This document shows positions 29,044 to 39,735 of a stretch of DNA of 64,000 bases, one piece after another. Under the pieces are notes generated by a model. That model was not told where the DNA came from, ran no database searches, and saw only the letters and a program-made list of their open reading frames with translations. The position numbers and the translations under genes are program-made. The stretch spans positions 3,776,001-3,840,000 of the forward strand of contig CBDCTK010000002.1 of assembly GCA_965222225.1 (NCBI GenBank), written 5' to 3'. Position 1 is the first letter of the stretch; each line of letters starts with the position of its first letter. Origin of the DNA: Candidatus Poribacteria bacterium. GTDB lineage: Bacteria; Poribacteria; WGA-4E; JAJDTR01.

Positions 29044-29414
29044 TTCATGTCGGAATTGGCGCGGGGAATAGACTCGACGCCGCTGCCATCCCAACGGCCA
29101 CCCGCTGACGCGGACGAAGGCATGTGGCAGATGGGCATATGGGACAGTCGAGAAGGCACTGAAACTCATCGGCAACCTGCCCCAACAACCATTGTCTCTG
29201 ACGACGCGGGTTATCCACAGTCACTTCTTATTAATGGCATGGAAGTCTTTATTACCGATATTGTCGACCTCTGGACAATCGAGAATCGATGGTGGACGGA
29301 GCAAAGAACAAATTGCGAATACTTCGAGGTAGTTGAATTGGGGGCAAAATCAACTTCCATTCTCTGCCACGATCTTGACCATGGCGAATGGTACATACAC
29401 TAAGATGGGACTCT

Positions 29415-32400
29415 ATGAAATACGCTGAACTTCACTGTCACAGCCATTACTCCTTCCTGAATGGGACATCCAGTCCCGCCGAACTCGTAGAACAGGCGGT
29501 TAAGCTAGGGTTGAAAGGCCTCGCGCTAACAGATGACGACGGGCTCTACAGCGTTATACCCTTCGTAAGAAAATGCGAAGAACTCGGGTTGCCATATTGC
29601 GTCGGAGCATCAATTACAGTAGGACAGGATAACACGGAATTGGAGCCACAGACAGGGCAACACAATGACGATTATATTATTCTGCTATGTCAGAACCTGA
29701 CGGGCTATCACAATCTGTCGCAACTGATTACCCGCGCCCGACACGCCCGACCAAAGGGCGAAGCCAGAGCGACGCTTGAGGCAATCAACGAACTGTCGGA
29801 AGGGCTGATATGCCTCGTGGGCGGGAAGGAAGGCAACATCCCTAAGCTGATCCTAGACAATCAGATAGGAAGAGCGAGCGCAGCCATCGAGATCTACCGT
29901 GAAATCTTTAGCGACAATAGGCTCTATGTCGAACTCGTCAACCACCGTGAACCTGGCGATTTTGCTCGGTGTAGGAAGTTGTATCAACTAGCGTCCGAAT
30001 TAGGCTTAGAATGTGTTCCCACAAACGGCGTTCGCTACGCCAGCCAGGATAAAGCCACGCTATACGACGTGTTACGGTGTATTGCACACAAAGTGACGCT
30101 GGATAAATCCGATGCCATCCGTCCGCAAAACCACCAACGCTATCTCAAAAGTGCTAACGCCATGGGAAAGCTGTTCGCTGAAATACCGAACGCACTAAGA
30201 AACACAGGACACATTCTCGATCAATGTCAGCTCGACCTGGATTTTACCGAATACCGATTCCCCGACTTCCCGACGCCGGAAGGGAATACCGATGAATCTT
30301 ATTTGATAACTTTGTGCGAGGAGCAGCTCCCCAGAAAATATGCTGTAGTAACCGCTGAGGTTAAGGAAAGGCTCAAGGAGGAGTTGAGTCTCATTATACG
30401 ACTCGGCCTCGCGGGTTACTTTCTCGTGGTCTGGGATATTGTGGCGTTCGCACGGTTACAGCGAATCCCCGTTCAGGGCAGGGGTTCCGCAGCGAATTCG
30501 TTGGTGGCGTATCTCCTTGATATCACGCCTGTTGACCCTATCAAGTACAATCTGTTCTTCGGGCGATTTCTGAACGACGCGAAAACCACCATCCCCGACA
30601 TCGATCTTGACTTCGCCGCCTCGCGGAACGCGCACCTCGCTGATAGAGAAGATGTCATTCAGTATGTCCATAAGAAATACGGGTTCCAATGCGTGGCGTT
30701 GGCGTGCACCTTCATCACGTACCAAGTGCGCGGGGCGATTCGGGAAGTGGGAAAAGTGTTCGGCATTCCCAATCGTATTTTAGACAAGATGTCACGCTTG
30801 GCAGAGGGGCAGAATGTGTCCTCCGCTTTTGATAAGATTGATGAACTAGAAGAATTTGCGTCCTACGCTAGTCGCCCGATCTGGAAACACTTTCGGGAGC
30901 ATGTCGAAGCGATTATCGGGACACCTCGCCACCTGTCGATGCACCTAGGAGGCATGGTGGTTACTTCCCGCAATCTCTCAACGCTCGTGCCGTTAGAACC
31001 CGCACGTATGCAAGGTCGGCGCGTCTGTCAGTGGGATAAAGATATGATTGAGGACGCAGGCCTGATCAAAGTTGATCTCCTCGGCTTGGGCATGCTTGCT
31101 GTCGTGCGGGAGACCGTGGGCTTGATTGCTGATGCCCACGGCGTTGACATTGACCTCGCCGCCATCCCGCCCGGCGACCCAAACGTCTATGATATGCTCG
31201 CGGTTTCTGATGTCATCGGCGTGTTCCAAGTCGAATCTCGCGTACAGATGTCCACTTTGCCGCGCATCAAACCAAGATCGGTAGACGAACTGGCAATCCA
31301 AATAGCGCTGATCAGGCCAGGGCCGGTACAGGGGAACATGGTGTCGCCCTATCTCCTCCGGAGAACGAACAGAGAGGCGGTTCGATATTCACACTCGGAA
31401 CTTGAGAGTATTCTTAAGGAGACCTTGGGAGTAATCCTCTTTCAGGAACAAGTGCTTCAAGTCATCTGTCGCATCGCCGGATATTCGCCAGGTCAAGCAG
31501 AAAATCTCAGACGCAATTTGAACAAGACTCGGTCTAAGAAAGCGGTTGCCGAAATGCAAGGTGCATTTGTCGCGGCAGCCATGCAGAATGACGTATCACG
31601 CCACGACGCCACAGAGATCTTCGGCTATGTCGCAGGGTTTGCGGGATACGGATTTTGCAAGTCCCATGCACTGTCGTTTGCACATCTCGTTTATCAAGCC
31701 GCCTGGCTGAAATATTATTATCCTGACGCTTTTCTCGCGGCCCTCTTGAACAATCAGCCGCTCGGCTTTTATCCGACCGATGTGCTCATTAACGATGCAA
31801 AACGCCGATCCATTCGAATCTTGCCTGTAGACGTGAACCAAAGCAAAGCGCGTTGTACTGTCGAAAGCAAGGGAACTGTGCGTTTGAGTCTTACTTGCGT
31901 CAAAGGACTCAGTTTACCCAAGGCTCAGCAGGTGCAAACTGCTCGTCGCACGGGGGAATTTGTGTCCATAGAGGACTTTGTGCGACGCACCGAACTCGAT
32001 TGTGCGGTAATTGAACGGTTGGTTGCCGCCGGTGCCTGCGACGGTTTTAACCTGCCCCGACGGAAAATGCTCTGGCAGCTCTGGATACTCGATCGCTGGC
32101 GTGAACACAACCTCGCCATTGAACCACAACTCGCGTCTCCAGACCTTCCGAAACTAGACGCTTGGGAGGAACTCGATTGGGAATACGCTGCTCAGGGGTG
32201 TTCACCGCGCTCTCATCCAATGCAACTCATGCGAGCGAGGCTCAAGAACAACGTATGTCCGAGTGATAAATTGAAGGCACTGAGGGACGGTATCAGGATA
32301 TGTGTGGCTGGGCTCGTGATCTGTTTGCAGCGGCCGCCTACCGCCAAGGGGTTCGCATTTCTAGTACTAGAGGACGAGAACGGCTTACTGAATGTAGTTA

Positions 32401-32537
32401 TTACGCCACAGGTCTATCAACAGTATCGCTCAATCTTCAAACTTTCACCCTTCGTGTCTGTGCGCGGTTTTGTGCAACGTCGGGACGGAATAATTCATGT
32501 GAAAGCCCGATCGTTTGAACGGTTGGTTTGGGACTAA
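29415..32537 (+). CDS. dnaE2: Error-prone DNA polymerase DnaE2 (ImuC)
   Basis: YAELHCHSHYSFL (PHP), GRGSAANS, PDIDLDF, FAGYGFCKSHA, ALLNNQPLGFY, QRPPTAKGFAFLVLEDE (DnaE2-type OB fold). imuB context. Confidence 0.93.
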   Translation: MKYAELHCHSHYSFLNGTSSPAELVEQAVKLGLKGLALTDDDGLYSVIPFVRKCEELGLPYCVGASITVGQDNTELEPQTGQHNDDYIILLCQNLTGYHNLSQLITRARHARPKGEARATLEAINELSEGLICLVGGKEGNIPKLILDNQIGRASAAIEIYREIFSDNRLYVELVNHREPGDFARCRKLYQLASELGLECVPTNGVRYASQDKATLYDVLRCIAHKVTLDKSDAIRPQNHQRYLKSANAMGKLFAEIPNALRNTGHILDQCQLDLDFTEYRFPDFPTPEGNTDESYLITLCEEQLPRKYAVVTAEVKERLKEELSLIIRLGLAGYFLVVWDIVAFARLQRIPVQGRGSAANSLVAYLLDITPVDPIKYNLFFGRFLNDAKTTIPDIDLDFAASRNAHLADREDVIQYVHKKYGFQCVALACTFITYQVRGAIREVGKVFGIPNRILDKMSRLAEGQNVSSAFDKIDELEEFASYASRPIWKHFREHVEAIIGTPRHLSMHLGGMVVTSRNLSTLVPLEPARMQGRRVCQWDKDMIEDAGLIKVDLLGLGMLAVVRETVGLIADAHGVDIDLAAIPPGDPNVYDMLAVSDVIGVFQVESRVQMSTLPRIKPRSVDELAIQIALIRPGPVQGNMVSPYLLRRTNREAVRYSHSELESILKETLGVILFQEQVLQVICRIAGYSPGQAENLRRNLNKTRSKKAVAEMQGAFVAAAMQNDVSRHDATEIFGYVAGFAGYGFCKSHALSFAHLVYQAAWLKYYYPDAFLAALLNNQPLGFYPTDVLINDAKRRSIRILPVDVNQSKARCTVESKGTVRLSLTCVKGLSLPKAQQVQTARRTGEFVSIEDFVRRTELDCAVIERLVAAGACDGFNLPRRKMLWQLWILDRWREHNLAIEPQLASPDLPKLDAWEELDWEYAAQGCSPRSHPMQLMRARLKNNVCPSDKLKALRDGIRICVAGLVICLQRPPTAKGFAFLVLEDENGLLNVVITPQVYQQYRSIFKLSPFVSVRGFVQRRDGIIHVKARSFERLVWD

Positions 32538-32752
32538 TGCTGACTCTGTTGGCACAGAAAGGAATGCGTCGCGCTGCAGAAGTATTTTGGAAAGACGCCT
32601 AATCAAAAGCTAGTTGAATGGCGTAAACGCAGCGGATAGGTTCGGGGCAATCGCAGCTGGCTTCGGCCAAGAAGAGAGTCCTCTACCTCGCTAGAAAACA
32701 TGGATTAGAATTGGCATCGCGAGGGAAATCAATGGAAAGCGAGTTCGTTGAC

Positions 32753-33673
32753 TCAATGCACTGATTGGACGAGTCGTACCGTTGCCCCTGTTGCGTCAAT
32801 AGGCAAAATCTTGACATCACAAGCAACTTGATGTCGGGCGAAAGCCCGAGACATCTTCTCGGCAACCTCATGCATCGCGGTTGTGCAATAGGCGGCAACC
32901 GACGGTCCTGCTCCACTCAGCGCAACGCCAAACGCACCTGCCTGCGTTGCCGCTTCCGCGATTTCATCGTAACCGGGTATTAGCGGAATTCGGTAGGGCT
33001 GATGGAGTCGATCGTTCATCGCTTGTGATAACATCTCGAAGTTCCGCGTCGCAACGGCGGCGACCAGCAATGAACTACGACTCACATTAAAAACCGCATC
33101 GTTGAATTCGACCGATTTGGGCAAAAGCCGGCGTGCGTCCTTGGTTGACAGTGGGAAGTCCGGAATTGCCAGCACAACATGGAGATCCGTACCGCAATCC
33201 AACTTGAGCGTGTGGACGACATCCGAGTCCATTACGGAAACAACCAAACTCCCTAGCAGCGAGGCAGCTACATTATCGGGGTGCCCATCAATTTCGCACG
33301 CGAAATTGAGGAGTTCGGAGTTCGAGAATGGCTCTCCACAAAGCACGTTTGCCGTCAACAGACCGCCAAGGATGGCAGTCCCGCTACCTCCCAACCCACG
33401 GGTTGCCGGAATTCCGTTCGTTAGAGATAATCTAAGCCCTTTGGGTTGGTTTCCGCTGCGTTTGTAGATTAGTTCTGCCGCTTGGAAGCTGATATTTTCG
33501 CTAGTGCCGGGAATCTTGTCCGCGTCGATCCCGGATACAACAACTTCCTTGCCGCTTGCCGTTTCTTCTAACTCGACACTGCTATACAGTTGGAGCGCAA
33601 GCCCAAGCACGTCAAAGCCGGGGCCAAGGTTGGTCGTACTAGCAGGGATACGCGCAATCGCTTTACGAGACAT
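32753..33673 (-). CDS. thrB: Homoserine kinase
   Basis: PASTTNLGPGFDVLGLAL, IPATRGLGGSG, GHPDNVA, LSGAGPS. Confidence 0.95.
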   Translation of the reverse strand: MSRKAIARIPASTTNLGPGFDVLGLALQLYSSVELEETASGKEVVVSGIDADKIPGTSENISFQAAELIYKRSGNQPKGLRLSLTNGIPATRGLGGSGTAILGGLLTANVLCGEPFSNSELLNFACEIDGHPDNVAASLLGSLVVSVMDSDVVHTLKLDCGTDLHVVLAIPDFPLSTKDARRLLPKSVEFNDAVFNVSRSSLLVAAVATRNFEMLSQAMNDRLHQPYRIPLIPGYDEIAEAATQAGAFGVALSGAGPSVAAYCTTAMHEVAEKMSRAFARHQVACDVKILPIDATGATVRLVQSVH

Positions 33674-33677
33674 ACAC

Positions 33678-34844
33678 CTAGGTTATTTTTGCAATCCCTG
33701 CTTCCATACGGTTTAGGGCTTCATGGATATTTTCCAAGGAGTTTGCGTACGAAAGTCGTAAATACCCGTCGCCGAACTTTCCGAACGCCGTTCCCGGCAA
33801 AAGCGCGACGCCAACTTCATTGAGCAGATGGTCGGCGAGATCGCGACAAGAAAGCGGGAGTTGCGTCACGTTAGGGAATACGTAAAACGCCCCGAGCGGC
33901 TTGCGACAACTGATTCCCTCAAGTGCGTTTAGACCGTCGACAATGGCGTCGCGACGAATCTTGAATTCGGCAGCCATATTCGCCACAAAGTCTTGTGGAC
34001 CTTTTAGGGCTTCAATACCCGCAATCTGAATAAACGTGGTTGTACAGGAAGTGGAGTTAATTGTCAACTGGGTGATCTTATCGGCTATGGGCTTAGGCGC
34101 GATGCCGTAGCCTAACCTCCAGCCGGTCATTGCGTAAGTCTTCGAGTGCCCTTCAATCATGATTGTTCGTTCTTTCATGCCGGGACGATTGATTACGCTG
34201 TCGTGTGTGCCTTCGTAGAGTAGGCGAGAATAGACTTCGTCGGTGAGGACGTAGAAATCGTGTTTGATTGCCAACTCCGCAATCGCGTCGAGATCTTCCT
34301 CTAAAAGGATCCCGCCCGTCGGGTTTTGGGGCGAATTGATAATTAGCAGTTTTGTCTTGTCTGAAATAGAACTAACGAGGTCATCAATACGAAAACGGAA
34401 ATCAACTTCCTCGCGGAGCGGGAGCGCGACGGGGGTGGCGCCAATGAAGTTGATAACGGACTCATAGATTGGAAATCCCGGCTCCGGATAGATGACTTCG
34501 TCGCCCTCGTCAACCAACGCCAAGATGGTGAAGAACATAATCGGTTTTGCACCGGGTGTCACCGTAACCTCGTCCGGATGAATCTCGACACCTCGAGTTT
34601 CCGAGATATGTTCTGCCACGACTTCGCGAAACTCCAGCAATCCCGCAGACGGACCGTAGCCCGTATGCCCATCCTTCATTGCCTTGAATGCTGCCTCACA
34701 GATGTTCATTGGTGTTATGAAGTCGGGCTGCCCAATCTCAAGGTGGATAATATCTCGTCCTTGGGCTTCAAGGGCTTTCGCTTTGGCGAGTACCTCGAAC
34801 GCCGACTCAGTCCCCAGACGGTCCATACGAGCCGCAAAATTCAT
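33678..34844 (-). CDS. PLP-dependent aminotransferase class I/II (aspartate aminotransferase-like)
   Basis: IGQPDF, NSPQNPTG, DEVY, SKTYAMTGWRLG, GAFYVFP. Confidence 0.95.
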   Translation of the reverse strand: MNFAARMDRLGTESAFEVLAKAKALEAQGRDIIHLEIGQPDFITPMNICEAAFKAMKDGHTGYGPSAGLLEFREVVAEHISETRGVEIHPDEVTVTPGAKPIMFFTILALVDEGDEVIYPEPGFPIYESVINFIGATPVALPLREEVDFRFRIDDLVSSISDKTKLLIINSPQNPTGGILLEEDLDAIAELAIKHDFYVLTDEVYSRLLYEGTHDSVINRPGMKERTIMIEGHSKTYAMTGWRLGYGIAPKPIADKITQLTINSTSCTTTFIQIAGIEALKGPQDFVANMAAEFKIRRDAIVDGLNALEGISCRKPLGAFYVFPNVTQLPLSCRDLADHLLNEVGVALLPGTAFGKFGDGYLRLSYANSLENIHEALNRMEAGIAKIT

Positions 34845-34992
34845 TTGGTTGTCTTCCCCCTCACACAATTTATGAATGTAGGTCGTAGCCGCAATGACTC
34901 AGGTAACCATGACAGACTTGATCTCGCGGGCACGACAAACGCAGAGCCATCTCCGACTGTCCGTTTTCGTGGCGGTCAAATTCTGAAGAGGC

Positions 34993-36024
34993 TTACCTAT
35001 ACTGCATAACCAGGCCGTTGTTACCGGTAACCCAAGCTCTTTCGCCTCTTACGAAAATGTCCTTTACGGGGACTTTGGAAGCGTCGGGGTCACTTATATC
35101 TTGCTTTTCCCATGTTTTACCGCCATCCATGGTGTGAATGATTACGCTAACCCCGAAATCTCCACCAACTGCCCACCCCGCGGTGTCCCTGGCAAACTGG
35201 ACACTCAGAAGGTGTTCCTCTGTGCCGCTGCTCTGGCTCTCCCATGTATCTCCACCGTTGGTGGTGTGAAGAATGACGCCATTCTCCCCAACTGCCCAAC
35301 CTGTTGAAGCGTTAATAAAGAAAACGTCTTTCAGGATATCCTCAATGTGGGTTGGCTGGTCTACCCAATTTTGGCCGCCATCGACCGTTTTTTGGATTAA
35401 GCCATCTTGGCCTCCCGTACGCGGACTGAGCCTCACGCCTGCCACCCAGCCTGTGGAATTATCGGCAAAGTGAATCACATTGAAAACGCTTGTATCGTCT
35501 TCGCCGACTCCGCTGCCAGCTTCACCGCCGCGAAGAATCTTCCACGTATTGCCGCCATTCGTCGTTTGAAGAATGGTTTCGCCCATTCCGACTACGAAAC
35601 CGTTCGTCGGGCTCACAAAAAAGAGGCTGTAGAGGTCGTTACCAACCTTGCTAGTTTGAATGTCCCAGCGCTCACCGCCATCCTTGGTGGCGACAATCGT
35701 GCCCTCGGCGCCAATCGCCCAACCGTGTTTTTCGTCGTAAAAGTAGACAGCCGACAAATTCTTATTGACATCAACCTCGGCTTTCGACCATGTTCTGCCG
35801 CCGTCTTTCGTGTGACCGATGAACCCCGGGTAGTCCATGTCAAAGACAGAACTTCCAACTACCCATCCCTCTTTTGAACCAGTGAACGCGATCGAGAAGT
35901 AATCCCTTATTTCGGGGTCCTGCTTCTGCATCACACCCCACTCTCCCTCCGCGTAACAGAATCCGCAACTGATTACGAGCAATATAATGGCTCCGGTTTG
36001 AAGCCATCCCCGTTGGTGTATCAT
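34993..36024 (-). CDS. Secreted YCF48-like / BNR (Asp-box) beta-propeller protein
   Basis: Signal peptide; repeated GWAVG..G.I.HT.DGG.TW blades. Confidence 0.88.
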   Translation of the reverse strand: MIHQRGWLQTGAIILLVISCGFCYAEGEWGVMQKQDPEIRDYFSIAFTGSKEGWVVGSSVFDMDYPGFIGHTKDGGRTWSKAEVDVNKNLSAVYFYDEKHGWAIGAEGTIVATKDGGERWDIQTSKVGNDLYSLFFVSPTNGFVVGMGETILQTTNGGNTWKILRGGEAGSGVGEDDTSVFNVIHFADNSTGWVAGVRLSPRTGGQDGLIQKTVDGGQNWVDQPTHIEDILKDVFFINASTGWAVGENGVILHTTNGGDTWESQSSGTEEHLLSVQFARDTAGWAVGGDFGVSVIIHTMDGGKTWEKQDISDPDASKVPVKDIFVRGERAWVTGNNGLVMQYR

Positions 36025-36326
36025 TAGAATTTACCCCTTCCTTAATTTTTGCCTTAGTATAGCACTCATTCAAAAATAGTGTCAACGCAAAAAAACCTTA
36101 GTAGTAAGGCAATCGCGTCTGATATTGGGTGGAAGGATGGAAGCTGAGAAACGGGAACGATATGAAGGAAAGAATGGACGCGAATCACACAGTAGTAAGC
36201 TGCCCACCAACTTTTTTTCCCTTCTTAGGAGGAGATTTTCAATCATCAAATCGCAGAAGAGAGATTCGACAGTTGAGTGAAAGGGCGAAGGAGGATTTGA
36301 CGACTGTCAATCTCTGTCCCTTAATG

Positions 36327-37724
36327 CTATTTGGCGACGATTATCGTACCCGTTTTGAAGCTGTCACCGATCTGCATCTGGTATACATACACGCCGCTTT
36401 CAACGACCTCGCCGTCTTCGTCCTTACCGTCCCATTCCAATTCGTTGTCGTCGGGACCTCCTCTCAATTCCTTGACCATTGCTCCGTCAATATCGAAAAT
36501 CAGTACAAAGAATTCGCCCTCGGCCCCCTCAATCACACGGGCGGGGAACACAATGCGGTTGAAGGCGGAATTATCCGATAACGGCAGGAACGGATTCGGC
36601 GCGGGAGAATCAAGGATGCGATGTTGCTCAGCCTTCGACGGAGATTCGTTTCCCGCCTCGTCAATGGCTTCGACAGCATAGAAAAAGATACCGACTCCGA
36701 GTATACGATTGTCGGAAACCTCGTATTCTGTCCTGTCCGGGTCGGCAAGAATTTCTCCGTTGATTAGCGGGGTTAACTGATTAATCGACGAACCGAAAGA
36801 AACCCGATATCTTGTCACGTCAAGGCTTGGACTACGAGACCATGTTACTTTGATTGCATTGCCGGCGCTAACAAGATTCAACCTTGCAGGCGGTTGGGGG
36901 GCAGCGGTATCGGGACGAACGGTGATGTTGTTATTTCTTGAGCGGTCAGATCGTAACAGTGGAGTCTTATATGCCTCGATAGCATACGCGTGGAGACCGG
37001 GTGAAACATCAATATCGCGGAAAACAGTTGACAACCGATCGTCAATATTGATTAACAGCTCGTTGTCACGATAAATAAAGTATCCAATCACATCAAGGTC
37101 TTCCGATTCTCTCCAGTTGGCAATAACATCATTCTCCCCTGGTGCATCTCTTTTAACGGTAAGTCCTTGGACGGCGGCGGGCGGTACATTGGGAATGACT
37201 TCGAGGGTAAAATCATCATTATTCACCTTTCCGTCAGCTTGTCCCGGTTTAATGAACTCCCCGATAGGGTGATCCGCCGGGTTTCTCAACCGCGCCTTGA
37301 AAGTCACCGTTTGGGTGACCGGACTGGGTGTCTGGCAATCAAAGGCAATTTGATATACAGAGTTACTAAAATCGGCAATCGGCGTACCGAAAACAATCCG
37401 CAGGGAATTCCCGCTGAATTCGGCAGTTACAGTCTGTCGCTCTCCATCGCGCAGAATCCACCGAATATCGGCTGTTTCAGCGATAAATTCGTTTGGCAGT
37501 AAAATGTCGATAGTCCGAATTTCCTCTCCCGGCTCCGCCTGAGATCGATCAATGATCATCGTCACTATCAGCGCCACGGTTGAATTTGCAACCACGACCC
37601 CCTGATCGTCGCCCACGACGTTGATTTCACCCACCGAGGTGACTGCGGAATTGCCACTTGTCACGGCTATGAGCATTAGAATTGGGATGAGGCGGGTGAA
37701 GGATTCTCGCTGTGTCTTCGTCAT
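36327..37724 (-). CDS. Secreted protein with two FN3-like domains and a type-B-like T9SS / FlgD C-terminal domain
   Basis: Signal peptide; PPAAVQGL...W...DVIGYFIYR; DTAAPQPP...AIDEAGNES; PNPFLP...IFDIDG...EWDGKDEDG...SGVYVYQ...GTIIVAK. Confidence 0.75.
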   Translation of the reverse strand: MTKTQRESFTRLIPILMLIAVTSGNSAVTSVGEINVVGDDQGVVVANSTVALIVTMIIDRSQAEPGEEIRTIDILLPNEFIAETADIRWILRDGERQTVTAEFSGNSLRIVFGTPIADFSNSVYQIAFDCQTPSPVTQTVTFKARLRNPADHPIGEFIKPGQADGKVNNDDFTLEVIPNVPPAAVQGLTVKRDAPGENDVIANWRESEDLDVIGYFIYRDNELLINIDDRLSTVFRDIDVSPGLHAYAIEAYKTPLLRSDRSRNNNITVRPDTAAPQPPARLNLVSAGNAIKVTWSRSPSLDVTRYRVSFGSSINQLTPLINGEILADPDRTEYEVSDNRILGVGIFFYAVEAIDEAGNESPSKAEQHRILDSPAPNPFLPLSDNSAFNRIVFPARVIEGAEGEFFVLIFDIDGAMVKELRGGPDDNELEWDGKDEDGEVVESGVYVYQMQIGDSFKTGTIIVAK

Positions 37725-37820
37725 TTATTTCCCCTTGATAACTATACGAGATTAGAGATTGCCGAAAAACCAAACCTAAAAACCAACCGTAAACCCCTCA
37801 TGATTGTGCATTCTTCTCTG

Positions 37821-38768
37821 TCAAAATATCAGGTTGAATGAAACGCGCTGTGTCGTATTGTCCTCAAGGTGGCCCGTGAGAATTTGAAACGCATAATCAA
37901 GTTGCACGTAAGTTGCAATTTTCACACTTCCACCCAGAGCGAGAGTCGTCGCGCTGTTGATGGTGTTCTTGATGCCATAGCCAGCGCGAACGGCGACGGA
38001 TTTGTTTAACCATACTTCCGCGCCGGCGCGAACGTGATTTTCACCGTTCCGAATCTCTACTTCAACAAGCCCTAGCCCCGACCTCAAAATCTCACGCAGA
38101 GATTCCTGCTGAGTGTTATCGGCTATCCCCGCAAGGTTGTATGCGAGACCGATTCGGAAACTGACGGGAACACTATCCGCATTGGTCGAATCAAAAACGC
38201 TCACATCCGCGGGCACTAGGTTTTCCGCTGACAAACCGAGACTTAAACCTGCCGACGATTTTACGATGACACCCACATCCGCGGAGAAAGCGGAGGCAGA
38301 TGTGCCGCTTCCCGCAGACAGTTGTCTCACGAATTCTTCATACTCGTCAAAGTTGATTCCGAAAGACTTCAGGTTCAAGCCTATCGCGAATTTTTCGGTA
38401 AAAGCCTTCCCGTAGGAGAATTGCAGAGTCCGTTCAGTATAAATTTCCGAGTTCTCACTCAGAATTCCGATACTTGCTCCCAGCGTACCCGCGCCGCCGA
38501 GTGGTAGGACACTACCGAAATACTGGTAATTTATCAGCCCCTGGAACCGTTGGGCTAACGTTGCGTTGACGTAGGTTTTGTCAATGAAACCTAACCCCGC
38601 AGCGTTATAATTCGCCGCACTGCCATCATCCGCAAGTGCAACAAACGCTCCTCCCAGTCCGAGAGGACGGGCACCCACTCCAATGTCTCGGAATGCACCA
38701 AGAGCGGTCGACGTGTAGGTGCAGGCGATCAAGCCAACTGCACAGACGACAACTTTCAAATTCGCCAT
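37821..38768 (-). CDS. PorV/PorQ/PorP-like outer-membrane beta-barrel
   Basis: GVGARPLGLGGAFVALADDGSAANYNAAGL N-terminal motif, amphipathic beta strands, terminal Phe. Confidence 0.78.
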   Translation of the reverse strand: MANLKVVVCAVGLIACTYTSTALGAFRDIGVGARPLGLGGAFVALADDGSAANYNAAGLGFIDKTYVNATLAQRFQGLINYQYFGSVLPLGGAGTLGASIGILSENSEIYTERTLQFSYGKAFTEKFAIGLNLKSFGINFDEYEEFVRQLSAGSGTSASAFSADVGVIVKSSAGLSLGLSAENLVPADVSVFDSTNADSVPVSFRIGLAYNLAGIADNTQQESLREILRSGLGLVEVEIRNGENHVRAGAEVWLNKSVAVRAGYGIKNTINSATTLALGGSVKIATYVQLDYAFQILTGHLEDNTTQRVSFNLIF

Positions 38769-38892
38769 GTCTTGCTCCTTAACTGAGGTTCAACGTATTT
38801 CTATACGCGACTATGTTGCGTGGATATCCTAAATCTTCACAGATTGTGGCGTGGCGTCTCCCACAATCTCGTGCGGAAATCGTAACTGATGA

Positions 38893-39579
38893 TTATGCGT
38901 TCGCTCCGGTCATCGGCACAAAACGGACTCCGGTGATTACTGTCTGTTTGATTCCCCGTTCCGTCTTTCGAACCAGGACAAGCTCTTGATTCAAAGTACC
39001 AATCGGGAGTACTAACCTGCCGCCGATTGCAAGTTGATTGATGAGCCGATGCGGAACTTCCTTTGGTGCCGCTGCCACAAGAATCCCGTCGTAGGGTGCG
39101 TGCTCTTGCCATCCGTAGTAGCCATTGCCAATCTTCAGATGAATATTCTGATAACCAAACGTGTTGAGACGCTGTTGCGCATCTTTCGCGAGATTCTCTA
39201 TGATTTCTACGGTGTAAACCTGCTCAACGATTTCCGCTAACACAGCAGTTTGATAGCCGCAACCGGTGCCGATTTCGAGCACTTTGAAAGCCGGCTGCAG
39301 TTCGAGAAGCTCTGTCATCTGAGCAACGATGTAAGGTTGAGAAATGGTCTGGTTGTCAGCAATCGGCAAGGCATGATCGGCATAAGCCTCGCTCAGAAAC
39401 GATGGCTCAACAAACCGATGTCGAGGAACCTTGCTCATCACCTCCAACACGCGTGGATTGGCAACTCCACGATCGTGAATCTGCTTACGAACCATCTTGT
39501 GCCTTAATTTGGCATAGTTATTCTCTGCGACGTGAGGCGTGTTCCGGGACTTTCGGACATTGAAGCGCATTGTCATCAC
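38893..39579 (-). CDS. pcm: Protein-L-isoaspartate O-methyltransferase
   Basis: VPRHRFV, QTISQPYIVAQM, VLEIGTGCGYQTAVL, VRFVPM. Confidence 0.96.
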   Translation of the reverse strand: MMTMRFNVRKSRNTPHVAENNYAKLRHKMVRKQIHDRGVANPRVLEVMSKVPRHRFVEPSFLSEAYADHALPIADNQTISQPYIVAQMTELLELQPAFKVLEIGTGCGYQTAVLAEIVEQVYTVEIIENLAKDAQQRLNTFGYQNIHLKIGNGYYGWQEHAPYDGILVAAAPKEVPHRLINQLAIGGRLVLPIGTLNQELVLVRKTERGIKQTVITGVRFVPMTGANA

Positions 39580-39735
39580 CTCGGGACTTACGCACTTCGG
39601 TTTGCAGTAGATTGTCGATTTACCCCTGCTATGGAATCTTCTCGGCGATTTGATGGTCGAAGATCGCTCCTACAACAGAAGATCTCATCTTTGATTGCCC
39701 AGAGATGGCTTTGCCGATCATTGTTTAGACAATCT

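Larger units (their letters stand above)
27569..29403 (+). pseudogene. imuB: Short ImuB-like (inactive Y-family polymerase) gene split by an IS
   Basis: Removing the IS and one TSD rejoins ...LGLRTLGQVA...QFGREGQF|MSELARGIDSTPLP... in frame. The C-terminus has the W..ENRWW...EYFEV...W pattern. Directly upstream of dnaE2. Confidence 0.75.
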
